A stretch of 64,000 nucleotides of DNA. Source: Eledone cirrhosa (lineage: Eukaryota). Made by a program: the position numbers and the translations under genes. Numbering within the stretch: position 1 is the first letter of the stretch; every line of letters starts with the position of its first letter. Shown here in pieces: positions 52,101 through 64,000 of the stretch. The notes under the pieces were generated by a model, which saw nothing but the letters and a program-made list of their open reading frames with translations, made no database searches and was not told the origin of the DNA. The stretch is taken from NCBI GenBank assembly GCA_964016885.1, contig OZ024741.1:247938001-248002000 (forward strand), in the 5' to 3' direction.

Positions 52101-55100
52101 TGGCTAGATATTACCTCCCCTTGGACGGCTGGAAATTATCTCCCTTTGATTTTTTTTACAAATTATCTCCCCCTGATTTTTTTTTACAAATTATCTCCCC
52201 CTGATTTTTTTTTACAAATTATCTCCCCCTGATTTTTGTTTACAAATTATCTCCCCCTGATTTTTTTTTACGAATTATCTCCCCCTGATTTTTTTTTACA
52301 AATTATCTCCCCCTGATTTTTTTTTACAAATTATCTCCCCCTGATTTTTTTTACAAATTATCTCCCTCTGATTTTTTTACAAATTATCTCCCCTTGGCTG
52401 GCTGGAAATTATCTCCCCTAGGAGGCTGGAACTTATCTCCCCTTGGACGGCTAGAAATTACCTCTCTTTGGACGGCTGGAAAATATGTCTCCTTGGACGG
52501 CTGGATATTATCTCCCCTTGGACGGCTGGAAATTATCTCCCCTTGGACGGCTGGAAATTATCTCCCCTTGGATGGCTAGATATTACCTCCCCTTGGACGG
52601 CTGGAAATTATCTCCCTTTGATTTTTTTTACAAATTATCTCCCCCTGATTTTTTTTTACAAATTATCTCCCCCTGATTTTTTTTACAAATTATCTCCCCC
52701 TGATTTTTGTTTACAAATTATCTCCGCCTGATTTTTTTTAAAAAATTATCTCCCCTTGGACGGCTGGAAATTATCTCCCCTTGGACGGCTAGAAATTACC
52801 TCTCCTTGGACGGCTGAAAATTATCTCCCCTTGGACGGCTGGAAATTATCTCCCCTTGATTTTTTTACAAATTATCTCCCCCTGATTTTTTTTTTACAAA
52901 TTATCTCCCCCTGATTTTTTTTTACAAATTATCTACCCCTGATTTTTTTTTACAAATTATCTCCCCCTGATTTTTTTTACAAATTATCTCCCCCTGATTT
53001 TTTTTTACAAATTATCTCCCCCTGATTTTTTTACAAATTATCTCCCCCTGATTTTTTTTACAAATTATCTCCGCCTGATTTTTTTAAATATTATCTCTCC
53101 TTGGCTGGCGGGAAATTATCTCCCCTTGGACGGCTGGAAATTATCTCCCCTTGGAAGGATGGAAATTATCTCCCCTTGGACGGCTAGAAATTATCTCTCT
53201 TTGGACGGCTGGAAATTATCACCCCTTGAGTTTTTTACAAATTATCTCCCCCTGATTTTTTTTACAAATCTCCCAGTGATTTTTAAAAAAAAATTATCTC
53301 CCCTTCGCTGGCTGGAAATTATCTCCCCTTGGACGCTGGAAATTATAGCCCCTTGGAGGGCTTGAAATTATCTTCCCTTGGACGGCTGGAAATTATCTCC
53401 CCTTGATTTTTTTTTACAAATTATCTCCCCCTGATTTTTTTTTACAAATTATCTCCCCCTGATTTTTTTTTACAACTTATCTGCGCCAGATTTTTTTAAA
53501 AAAATTATCTCCCCTTGGACGGCTGGAAATTATCTCCCCTTGGACGGCTGGAAATTATCTCTCCTTGGACGGCTAGAATTTACCTCTCCTTGGACGGCTG
53601 AAAATTATCTCCCCTTGGACGGCTGGAAATTATCTCCCCTTGATTTTTTTTACAAATTATCTCCCCCTGATTTTTTTTTACGAATTATCTCCCCCTGATT
53701 TTTTTTTACAAATTATCTCCCCCTGATTTTTTTTTACAAATTATCTCCCCCTGATTTTTTTTACAAATTATCTCCCTCTGATTTTTTTACAAATTATCTC
53801 CCCTTGGCTGGCTGGAAATTATCTCCCCTAGGAGGCTGGAACTTATCTCCCCTTGGACGGCTAGAAATTACCTCTCTTTGGACGGCTGGAAAATATGTCT
53901 CCTTGGACGGCTGGATATTATCTCCCCTTGGACGGCTGGAAATTATCTCCCCTTGGACGGCTGGAAATTATCTCCCCTTGGATGGCTAGATATTACCTCC
54001 CCTTGGACGGCTGGAAATTATCTCCCCTTGATTTTTTTTACAAATTATCTCCCCCTGATTTTTTTTTACAAATTATCTCCCCCGATTTTTTTTTACAAAT
54101 TATCTCCCCCTGATTTTTTTTTACAAATTATCTCCCCCTGATTTTTGTTTACAAATTATCTCCCCTTGGACGGCTGGAAATTATCTCCCCTTGGACGGCT
54201 AGAAATTACCTCTCCTTGGACGGCTGAAAATTATCCTCCCTTGGACGGCTGGAAATTATCTCCCCTTGATTTTTTTACAAATTATCTCCCCCTGATTTTT
54301 TTTTTACAAATTATCTCACCCTGATTTTTTTTACAAATTATCTACCCCTGATTTTTTTTTACAAATTATCTCCCCCTGATTTTTTTTACAAATTATCTCC
54401 CACTGATTTTTTTTTTACAAATTATCTCCCCCTGATTTTTTTACAAATTATCTCCCCCTGATTTTTTTTACAAATTATATCCGCCTGATTTTTTTAAATA
54501 TTATCTCTCCTTGGCTGGCGGGAAATTATCTCCCCTTGGACGGCTGGAAATTATCTCCCCTTGGAAGGATGGAAATTATCTCCCCTTGGACGGCTAGAAA
54601 TTATCTCTCTTTGGACGGCTGGAAATTATCACCCCTTGAGCTTTTTACAAATTATCTCCCCCTGATTTTTTTTACAAATCTCCCTGTGATTTTTTAAAAA
54701 AAATTATCTCCCCTTCGCTGGCTGGAAATTATCTCCCCTTGGACGCTGGAAATTATAGCCCCTTGGAGGGCTGGAAATTATCTTCCCATGGACGGCTGGA
54801 AATTATCTCCCCTTGATTTTTTTTACAAATTATCTCCCCCTGATTTTTGTTTACAAATTATCTCCCCTTGGACGGCTGGAAATTATCTCCCCTTGGACGG
54901 CTAGAAATTACCTCTCCTTGGACGGCTGAAAATTATCCTCCCGTGGACGGCTGGAAATTATCTCCCCTTGATTTTTTTACAAATTATCTCCCCCTGATTT
55001 TTTTTTTACAAATTATCTCACCCTGATTTTTTTTACAAATTATCTACCCCTGATTTTTTTTTACAAATTATCTCCCCCTGATTTTTTTTACAAATTATCT

Positions 55101-58100
55101 TCCACTGATTTTTTTTACAAATTATCTCCACCTGATTTTTTAAAAAATTATCTCCCCTTGGAAGGCTGGAAATTATCTCCCCTTGGCTGGAAATTATCTC
55201 CCCTTGAACGGCTAGAAATTATCTCTCTTTGGACGGCTGGAAATTATCACCCCTTGAGTTTTTTACAAATTATCTCCCCCTGATTTTTTTTACAAATCTC
55301 CCAGTGATTTTTAAAAAAAAATTATCTCCCCTTCGCTGGCTGGAAATTATCTCCCCTTGGACGCTGGAAATTATAGCCCCTTGGAGGGCTTGAAATTATC
55401 TTCCCTTGGACGGCTGGAAATTATCTCCCCTTGATTTTTTTTTACAAATTATCTCCCCCTGATTTTTTTTTACAAATTATCTCCCCCTGATTTTTTTTAC
55501 AACTTATCTGCGCCTGATTTTTTTAAAAAAATTATCTCCCCTTGGACGGCTGGAAATTATCTCTCCTTGGACGGCTAGAATTTACCTCTCCTTGGACGGC
55601 TGAAAATTATCTCCCCTTGGACGGCTGGAAATTATCTCCCCTTGATTTTTTTTACAAATTATCTCCCCCTGATTTTTTTTTCGAATTATCTCCCCCTGAT
55701 TTTTTTTTACAAATTATCTCCCCCTGATTTTTTTTTACAAATTATCTCCCCCTGATTTTTTTTACAAATTATCTCCCTCTGATTTTTTTACAAATTATCT
55801 CCCCTTGGCTGGCTGGAAATTATCTCCCCTAGGAGGCTGGAACTTATCTCCCCTTGGACGGCTAGAAATTACCTCTCTTTGGACGGCTGGAAAATATGTC
55901 TCCTTGGACGGCTGGATATTATCTCCCCTTGGACGGCTGGAAATTATCTCCCCTTGGACGGCTGGAAATTATCTCCCCTTGGATGGCTAGATATTACCTC
56001 CCCTTGGACGGCTGGAAATTATCTCCCCTTGATTTTTTTTTACAAATTATCTCCCCCTGATTTTTTTTTACAAATTATCTCCCCCGATTTTTTTTTACAA
56101 ATTATCTCTCCCTGATTTTTTTTTACAAATTATCTCCCCCTGATTTTTGTTTACAAATTATCTCCCCTTGGACGGCTGGAAATTATCTCCCCTTGGACGG
56201 CTAGAAATTACCTCTCCTTGGACGGCTGAAAATTATCCTCCCTTGGACGGCTGGAAATTATCTCCCCTTGATTTTTTTACAAATTATCTCCCCCTGATTT
56301 TTTTTTTACAAATTATCTCACCCTGATTTTTTTTACAAATTATCTACCCCTGATTTTTTTTTACAAATTATCTCCCCCTGATTTTTTTTACAAATTATCT
56401 CCCACTGATTTTTTTTTTACAAATTATCTCCCCCTGATTTTTTTACAAATTATCTCCCCCTGATTTTTTTTACAAATTATATCCGCCTGATTTTTTTAAA
56501 TATTATCTCTCCTTGGCTGGCGGGAAATTATCTCCCCTTGGACGGCTGGAAATTATCTCCCCTTGGAAGGATGGAAATTATCTCCCCTTGGACGGCTGGA
56601 AATTATCTACCCCTGATTTTTTTTACAAATTATCTCCCCCTGATTTTTTTTACAAATTATCTCCCCCTGATTTTTTTTTTACAAATTATCTCCCCCTGAT
56701 TTTTTTACAAATTATCTCCCCCTGATTTTTTTTACAAATTATCTCCGCCTGATTTTTTAAAATATTATCTTACCTTGGCTGGCGGGAAATTATCTCCCCT
56801 TGGACGGCTGAAAATTATCTCCCCTTGGACGGCTGGAAATTATCTCCCCTTGATTTTTTTTACAAATTATCTCCCCCTGATTTTTTTTTACAAATTATCT
56901 CCCACTGATTTAAAAAAAAAAATTATCTCCCCTTCGCTGGCTGGAAATTATCTCCCCTTGGACGCTGGAAATTATAGCCCCTTGGAGGGCTGGAAATTAT
57001 CTTCCCTTGGACGGCTGGAAATTATCTCCCCTTGATTTTTTTTTACAAATTATCTCCCCCTGATTTTTTTTTACAAATTATCTCCCCCTGATTTTTTTTT
57101 ACAAATTATCTCCCCCTGATTTTTTTTTTACAAATTATCTCCGCCTGATTTTTTTTTAAAAATTATCTCCCCTTGGACGGCTGGAAATTATCTCCCCTTG
57201 GACGGCTGGAAATTATCTCCCCTTGGACGGCTAGAAATTATCTCTCCTTGGACGGCTGAAAATTATCTCCCCTTGGACGGCTGCAAATTATCTCCCCTTG
57301 ATTTTTTTTACAAATTATCTCCCCCTGATTTTTTTTACAAATTATCTCCCCCTGATTTTTTTTACAAATTATCTACCCCTGATTTTTTTTACAAATTATC
57401 TCCCCCTGATTTTTTTTTACAAATTATCTCCCTCTGATTTTTTTTTACAAATTATCTCCCCCTGATTTTTTTTTACAAATTATCTCCCCCTGATTTTTTT
57501 ACAAATTATCTCCCCCTGATTTTTTTTACAATCTCCGCCTGATTTTTTTAAAAATTATCTTCCCTTGGCTGGCGGGAAATTATCTCCCCTTGGACGGCTG
57601 GAAATTATCTCCCCTTGGAAGGATGGAAATTATCTCCCCTTGGACGGCTGGAAATTATCTCCCCTTGCACGGCTGGAAATTATCTCCCCTTGGCTGGAAA
57701 TTATCTCCCCTTGGACGGCTAGAAATTATCTCTCTTTGGACGGCTGGAAATTATCTCCCTTTGATTTTTTTTACAAATTATCTCCCTCTGATTTTTTTTA
57801 CAAATCTCCCCCTGATTTTTTAAAAAAAATTATCTCCCCTTCGCTGGCTGGAAATTATCTCCCCTTGGACACTGGAAATTATAGCCCCTTGGAGGGCTGG
57901 AAATTATCTTCTCTTGGACGGCTGGAAATTATCTCCCCTTGATTTTTTTTACAAATTATCTCCCCCTGATTTTTTTTTACAAATTATCTCCCCCGATTTT
58001 TTTTTACAAATTATCTCCCCCTGATTTTTTTTTACAAATTATCTCCCCCTGATTTTTGTTTACAAATTATCTCCCCTTGGACGGCTGGAAATTATCTCCC

Positions 58101-61100
58101 CTTGGACGGCTAGAAATTACCTCTCCTTGGACGGCTGAAAATTATCCTCCCTTGGACGGCTGGAAATTATCTCCCCTTGATTTTTTTACAAATTATCTCC
58201 CCCTGATTTTTTTTTTACAAATTATCTCACCCTGATTTTTTTTACAAATTATCTACCCCTGATTTTTTTTTACAAATTATCTCCCCCTGATTTTTTTTAC
58301 AAATTATCTCCCACTGATTTTTTTTTTACAAATTATCTCCCCCTGATTTTTTTACAAATTATCTCCCCCTGATTTTTTTTACAAATTATATCCGCCTGAT
58401 TTTTTTAAATATTATCTCTCCTTGGCTGGCGGGAAATTATCTCCCCTTGGACGGCTGGAAATTATCTCCCCTTGGAAGGATGGAAATTATCTCCCCTTGG
58501 ACGGCTGGAAATTATCTACCCCTGATTTTTTTTACAAATTATCTCCCCCTGATTTTTTTTACAAATTATCTCCCCCTGATTTTTTTTTTACAAATTATCT
58601 CCCCCTGATTTTTTTACAAATTATCTCCCCCTGATTTTTTTTACAAATTATCTCCGCCTGATTTTTTAAAATATTATCTTACCTTGGCTGGCGGGAAATT
58701 ATCTCCCCTTGGACGGCTGAAAATTATCTCCCCTTGGACGGCTGGAAATTATCTCCCCTTGATTTTTTTTACAAATTATCTCCCCCTGATTTTTTTTTAC
58801 AAATTATCTCCCCCTGATTTTTTTTACAAATTATCTCCCCCCTGATTTTTTTACAAATTATCTCCCCTTGGCTGGCTGGAAATTATCTCCCCTTGGAGGC
58901 TGGAACTTATCTCCCCTTGGACGGCTAGAAATTACCTCTCCTTGGACGGCTGGAAAATATGTCTCCTTGGACGGCTGGATATTATCTCCCCTTGGACGGC
59001 TGGAAATTATCTCCCCTTGGACGGCTGGAAATTATCTCCCCTTGGATGGCTAGATATTACCTCCCCTTGGACGGCTGGAAATTATCTCCCTTTGATTTTT
59101 TTTACAAATTATCTCCCCCTGATTTTTTTTTACAAATTATCTCCCCCTGATTTTTTTTTACAAATTATCTCCCCCTGATTTTTGTTTACAAATTATCTCC
59201 GCCTGATTTTTTTTTAAAAATTATCTCCCCTTGGACGGCTGGAAATTATCTCCCCATGGACGGCTAGAAATTACCTCTCCTTGGACGGCTGAAAATTATC
59301 TCCCCTTGGACGGCTGGAAATTATCTCCCCTTGATTTTTTTACAAATTATCTCCCCCTGATTTTTTTTTTACAAATTATCTCCCCCTGATTTTTTTTTAC
59401 AAATTATCTACCCCTGATTTTTTTTTACAAATTATCTCCCCCTGATTTTTTTTACAAATTATCTCCCCCTGATTTTTTTTTACAAATTATCTCCCCCTGA
59501 TTTTTTTACAAATTATCTCCCCCTGATTTTTTTACAAATTATCTCCGCCTGATTTTTTTAAATATTATCTCTCCTTGGCTGGCGGGAAATTATCTCCCCT
59601 TGGACTGCTGGAAATTATCTCCCCTTGGAAGGATGGAAATTATCTCCCCTTGGACGGCTAGAAATTATCTCTCTTTGGACGGCTGGAAATTATCACCCCT
59701 TGAGTTTTTTACAAATTATCTCCCCCTGATTTTTTTTACAAATCTCCCAGTGATTTTTAAAAAAAAATTATCTCCCCTTCGCTGGCTGGAAATTATCTCC
59801 CCTTGGACGCTGGAAATTATAGCCCCTTGGAGGGCTTGAAATTATCTTCCCTTGGACGGCTGGAAATTATCTCCCGTTGATTTTTTTTTACAAATTATCT
59901 CCCCCTGATTTTTTTTTACAAATTATCTCCCCCTGATTTTTTTTTACAACTTATCTGCGCCAGATTTTTTTAAAAAAATTATCTCCCCTTGGACGGCTGG
60001 AAATTATCTCCCCTTGGACGGCTGGAAATTATCTCTCCTTGGACGGCTAGAATTTACCTCTCCTTGGACGGCTGAAAATTATCTCCCCTTGGACGGCTGG
60101 AAATTATCTCCCCTTGATTTTTTTTACAAATTATCTCCCCCTGATTTTTTTTTACGAATTATCTCCCCCTGATTTTTTTTTACAAATTATCTCCCCCTGA
60201 TTTTTTTTTACAAATTATCTCCCCCTGATTTTTTTTACAAATTATCTCCCTCTGATTTTTTTACAAATTATCTCCCCTTGGCTGGCTGGAAATTATCTCC
60301 CCTAGGAGGCTGGAACTTATCTCCCCTTGGACGGCTAGAAATTACCTCTCTTTGGACGGCTGGAAAATATGTCTCCTTGGACGGCTGGATATTATCTCCC
60401 CTTGGACGGCTGGAAATTATCTCCCCTTGGACGGCTGGAAATTATCTCCCCTTGGATGGCTAGATATTACCTCCCCTTGGACGGCTGGAAATTATCTCCC
60501 CTTGATTTTTTTTACAAATTATCTCCCCCTGATTTTTTTTTACAAATTATCTCCCCCGATTTTTTTTTACAAATTATCTCCCCCTGATTTTTTTTTACAA
60601 ATTATCTCCCCCTGATTTTTGTTTACAAATTATCTCCCCTTGGACGGCTGGAAATTATCTCCCCTTGGACGGCTAGAAATTACCTCTCCTTGGACGGCTA
60701 GAATTTACCTCTCCTTGGACGGCTGAAAATTATCTCCCCTTGGACGGCTGGAAATTATCTCCCCTTGATTTTTTTTACAAATTATCTCCCCCTGATTTTT
60801 TTTTACAAATTATCTCCCCCTGATTTTTTTTTACAAATTATCTCCCCCTGATTTTTTTTACAAATCTCCCAGTGATTTTTTAAAAAAATTATCTCCCCTT
60901 GGACGGCTGGAAATTATCTCCCCTTGGACGGCTGGAAATTATCTCGCCTTGGACGGCTAGAATTTACCTCTCCTTGGACGGCTGAAAATTATCTCCCCTT
61001 GGACGGCTGGAAATTATCTCCCCTTGATTTTTTTTACAAATTATCTCCCCCTGATTTTTTTTTACAAATTATCTCCCCCTGATTTTTTTTTACAAATTAT

Positions 61101-64000
61101 CTCCCCCTGATTTTTTTTTACAAATTATCTCCCCCTGATTTTTTTTACAAATTATCTCCCCCCTGATTTTTTTACAAATTATCTCCCCTTGGCTGGCTGG
61201 AAATTATCTCCCCTTGGAGGCTGGAACTTATCTCCCCTTGGACGGCTAGAAATTACCTCTCCTTGGACGGCTGGAAAATATGTCTCCTTGGACGGCTGGA
61301 TATTATCTCCCCTTGGACGGCTGGAAATTATCTCCCCTTGGACGGCTGGAAATTATCTCCCCTTGGATGGCTAGATATTACCTCCCCTTGGACGGCTGGA
61401 AATTATCTCCCTTTGATTTTTTTTACAAATTATCTCCCCCTGATTTTTTTTTACAAATTATCTCCCCCTGATTTTTTTTTACAAATTATCTCCCCCTGAT
61501 TTTTGTTTACAAATTATCTCCCCCTGATTTTTTTTTACGAATTATCTCCCCCTGATTTTTTTTTACAAATTATCTCCCCCTGATTTTTTTTTACAAATTA
61601 TCTCCCCCTGATTTTTTTTACAAATTATCTCCCTCTGATTTTTTTACAAATTATCTCCCCTTGGCTGGCTGGAAATTATCTCCCCTAGGAGGCTGGAACT
61701 TATCTCCCCTTGGACGGCTAGAAATTACCTCTCTTTGGACGGCTGGAAAATATGTCTCCTTGGACGGCTGGATATTATCTCCCCTTGGACGGCTGGAAAT
61801 TATCTCCCCTTGGACGGCTGGAAATTATCTCCCCTTGGATGGCTAGATATTACCTCCCCTTGGACGGCTGGAAATTATCTCCCTTTGATTTTTTTTACAA
61901 ATTATCTCCCCCTGATTTTTTTTTACAAATTATCTCCCCCTGATTTTTTTTACAAATTATCTCCCCCTGATTTTTGTTTACAAATTATCTCCGCCTGATT
62001 TTTTTTAAAAAATTATCTCCCCTTGGACGGCTGGAAATTATCTCCCCTTGGACGGCTAGAAATTACCTCTCCTTGGACGGCTGAAAATTATCTCCCCTTG
62101 GACGGCTGGAAATTATCTCCCCTTGATTTTTTTACAAATTATCTCCCCCTGATTTTTTTTTTACAAATTATCTCCCCCTGATTTTTTTTTACAAATTATC
62201 TACCCCTGATTTTTTTTTACAAATTATCTCCCCCTGATTTTTTTTACAAATTATCTCCCCCTGATTTTTTTTTACAAATTATCTCCCCCTGATTTTTTTA
62301 CAAATTATCTCCCCCTGATTTTTTTTACAAATTATCTCCGCCTGATTTTTTTAAATATTATCTCTCCTTGGCTGGCGGGAAATTATCTCCCCTTGGACGG
62401 CTGGAAATTATCTCCCCTTGGAAGGATGGAAATTATCTCCCCTTGGACGGCTAGAAATTATCTCTCTTTGGACGGCTGGAAATTATCACCCCTTGAGTTT
62501 TTTACAAATTATCTCCCCCTGATTTTTTTTACAAATCTCCCAGTGATTTTTAAAAAAAAATTATCTCCCCTTCGCTGGCTGGAAATTATCTCCCCTTGGA
62601 CGCTGGAAATTATAGCCCCTTGGAGGGCTTGAAATTATCTTCCCTTGGACGGCTGGAAATTATCTCCCCTTGATTTTTTTTTACAAATTATCTCCCCCTG
62701 ATTTTTTTTTACAAATTATCTCCCCCTGATTTTTTTTTACAACTTATCTGCGCCAGATTTTTTTAAAAAAATTATCTCCCCTTGGACGGCTGGAAATTAT
62801 CTCCCCTTGGACGGCTGGAAATTATCTCTCCTTGGACGGCTAGAATTTACCTCTCCTTGGACGGCTGAAAATTATCTCCCCTTGGACGGCTGGAAATTAT
62901 CTCCCCTTGATTTTTTTTACAAATTATCTCCCCCTGATTTTTTTTTACGAATTATCTCCCCCTGATTTTTTTTTACAAATTATCTCCCCCTGATTTTTTT
63001 TTACAAATTATCTCCCCCTGATTTTTTTTACAAATTATCTCCCTCTGATTTTTTTACAAATTATCTCCCCTTGGCTGGCTGGAAATTATCTCCCCTAGGA
63101 GGCTGGAACTTATCTCCCCTTGGACGGCTAGAAATTACCTCTCTTTGGACGGCTGGAAAATATGTCTCCTTGGACGGCTGGATATTATCTCCCCTTGGAC
63201 GGCTGGAAATTATCTCCCCTTGGACGGCTGGAAATTATCTCCCCTTGGATGGCTAGATATTACCTCCCCTTGGACGGCTGGAAATTATCTCCCCTTGATT
63301 TTTTTTACAAATTATCTCCCCCTGATTTTTTTTTACAAATTATCTCCCCCGATTTTTTTTTACAAATTATCTCCCCCTGATTTTTTTTTACAAATTATCT
63401 CCCCCTGATTTTTGTTTACAAATTATCTCCCCTTGGACGGCTGGAAATTATCTCCCCTTGGACGGCTAGAAATTACCTCTCCTTGGACGGCTGAAAATTA
63501 TCCTCCCTTGGACGGCTGGAAATTATCTCCCCTTGATTTTTTTACAAATTATCTCCCCCTGATTTTTTTTTTACAAATTATCTCACCCTGATTTTTTTTA
63601 CAAATTATCTACCCCTGATTTTTTTTTACAAATTATCTCCCCCTGATTTTTTTTACAAATTATCTCCCACTGATTTTTTTTTTACAAATTATCTCCCCCT
63701 GATTTTTTTACAAATTATCTCCCCCTGATTTTTTTTACAAATTATATCCGCCTGATTTTTTTAAATATTATCTCTCCTTGGCTGGCGGGAAATTATCTCC
63801 CCTTGGACGGCTGGAAATTATCTCCCCTTGGAAGGATGGAAATTATCTCCCCTTGGACGGCTAGAAATTATCTCTCTTTGGACGGCTGGAAATTATCACC
63901 CCTTGAGCTTTTTACAAATTATCTCCCCCTGATTTTTTTTACAAATCTCCCTGTGATTTTTTAAAAAAAATTATCTCCCCTTCGCTGGCTGGAAATTATC
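37180..64000 (+). repeat. Higher-order repeat, period 9,267 bp (about 3 copies: about 37180-46446, 46447-54820 with an 893-bp deletion, and 54821 to the window end)
   Basis: The marker CCTCCCGTGG has its G at 37302, 46569 and 54943 (offsets 9,267 and 8,374). ORF offsets are 9,267 (39134/48401, 39924/49191, 50333/59600), 8,374 (41959/50333, 48401/56775) and 17,641 (41227/58868). Confidence 0.95.
50160..50215. other. Breakpoint of the 893-bp deletion in the second 9,267-bp unit
   Basis: The T-tract series after TCTACCCC is T8,T8,T9,T7,T7. This is a hybrid of the run at about 40877 (T8,T8,T10,...) and the run at about 41769 (T9,T8,T9,T7,T7). The intervening segment (about 40900-41800) is absent here but present at about 58540-59440. 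Confidence 0.88.

Larger units (their letters stand above)
1..64000 (+). repeat. Complex two-monomer satellite array: type A 25 bp (AAATTATCTCCCCTTGGACGGCTGG) and type B about 26-29 bp (AAATTATCTCCCCCTGA-T7..10-AC), in alternating runs, extending beyond both window edges
   Basis: All the sequence I read parses into A or B monomers or close variants, head-to-tail in one orientation. I saw no inversion or foreign insertion. The estimate of about 2,400 monomers is 64,000 divided by about 26.5 bp. Confidence 0.99.

Noticed and set aside
191-63408. Roughly 190 short plus-strand ORFs with repetitive peptides (LDGWKLSPLGRLEIISPWTAGNYLP, PPDFFYKLS, LIFFTNYLP)
   Set aside because: These are translation artefacts. 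The 25-bp A unit has no plus-strand stop, so three units give a 25-aa cycle in every frame. B units are open in two frames and frameshift with T-tract length. Most starts are TTG, and the ORFs overlap in several frames.
1-64000. CRISPR-like array (constant core plus variable intervening sequence)
   Set aside because: The intervening sequences are only 12-16 bp and of two recurring types rather than unique spacers. There is no leader and no cas gene.
1-64000. Telomerase-synthesised long telomeric repeat (25-bp units occur in some yeasts)
   Set aside because: Variants are inherited in multi-kb HORs, which indicates recombinational amplification rather than templated addition. I recognise no known telomere motif. 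A subtelomeric location is not excluded.
1-64000. Whole window as a synthetic construct or assembly artefact
   Set aside because: Hierarchically shared variants, private SNPs in individual HOR copies and a diverged relic zone fit natural satellite evolution. Exact HOR copy numbers still need read validation.

Overview
The whole 64 kb window is one uninterrupted, single-orientation satellite DNA array, probably eukaryotic heterochromatin (inference). I see no genes, RNA genes, transposon ORFs, CRISPR array or unique sequence. It is built from two short monomers that share the 13-bp core AAATTATCTCCCC. Type A is AAATTATCTCCCCTTGGACGGCTGG (25 bp). Type B is AAATTATCTCCCCCTGA(T)7-10AC (mostly 26-29 bp). 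Runs of A alternate with runs of B. The A runs fall into a few recognisable variant modules, and these modules are reshuffled into nested higher-order repeats (HORs). Periods read from the ORF-track offsets and spot-checked against diagnostic variants are: 5,203 bp (about 0.8-15.4 kb, with a 636-bp internal duplication in the first copy), a more diverged mosaic zone (about 15.4-26.2 kb), 5,357/5,358 bp (about 26.3-37.1 kb) and 9,267 bp (about 37.2-64 kb, middle copy shortened by an 893-bp deletion). All listed ORFs are translation artefacts of the repeat. The most interesting signals are the two-monomer architecture with fixed junction rules, B blocks lost cleanly through a shared 16-bp direct repeat, T(n)A(m) junctions whose boundary slides while total length stays fixed, and a canonical GATA site (AGATAA, minus strand) in most of roughly 2,400 monomers. 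No function can be established from sequence alone, and boundaries are approximate.
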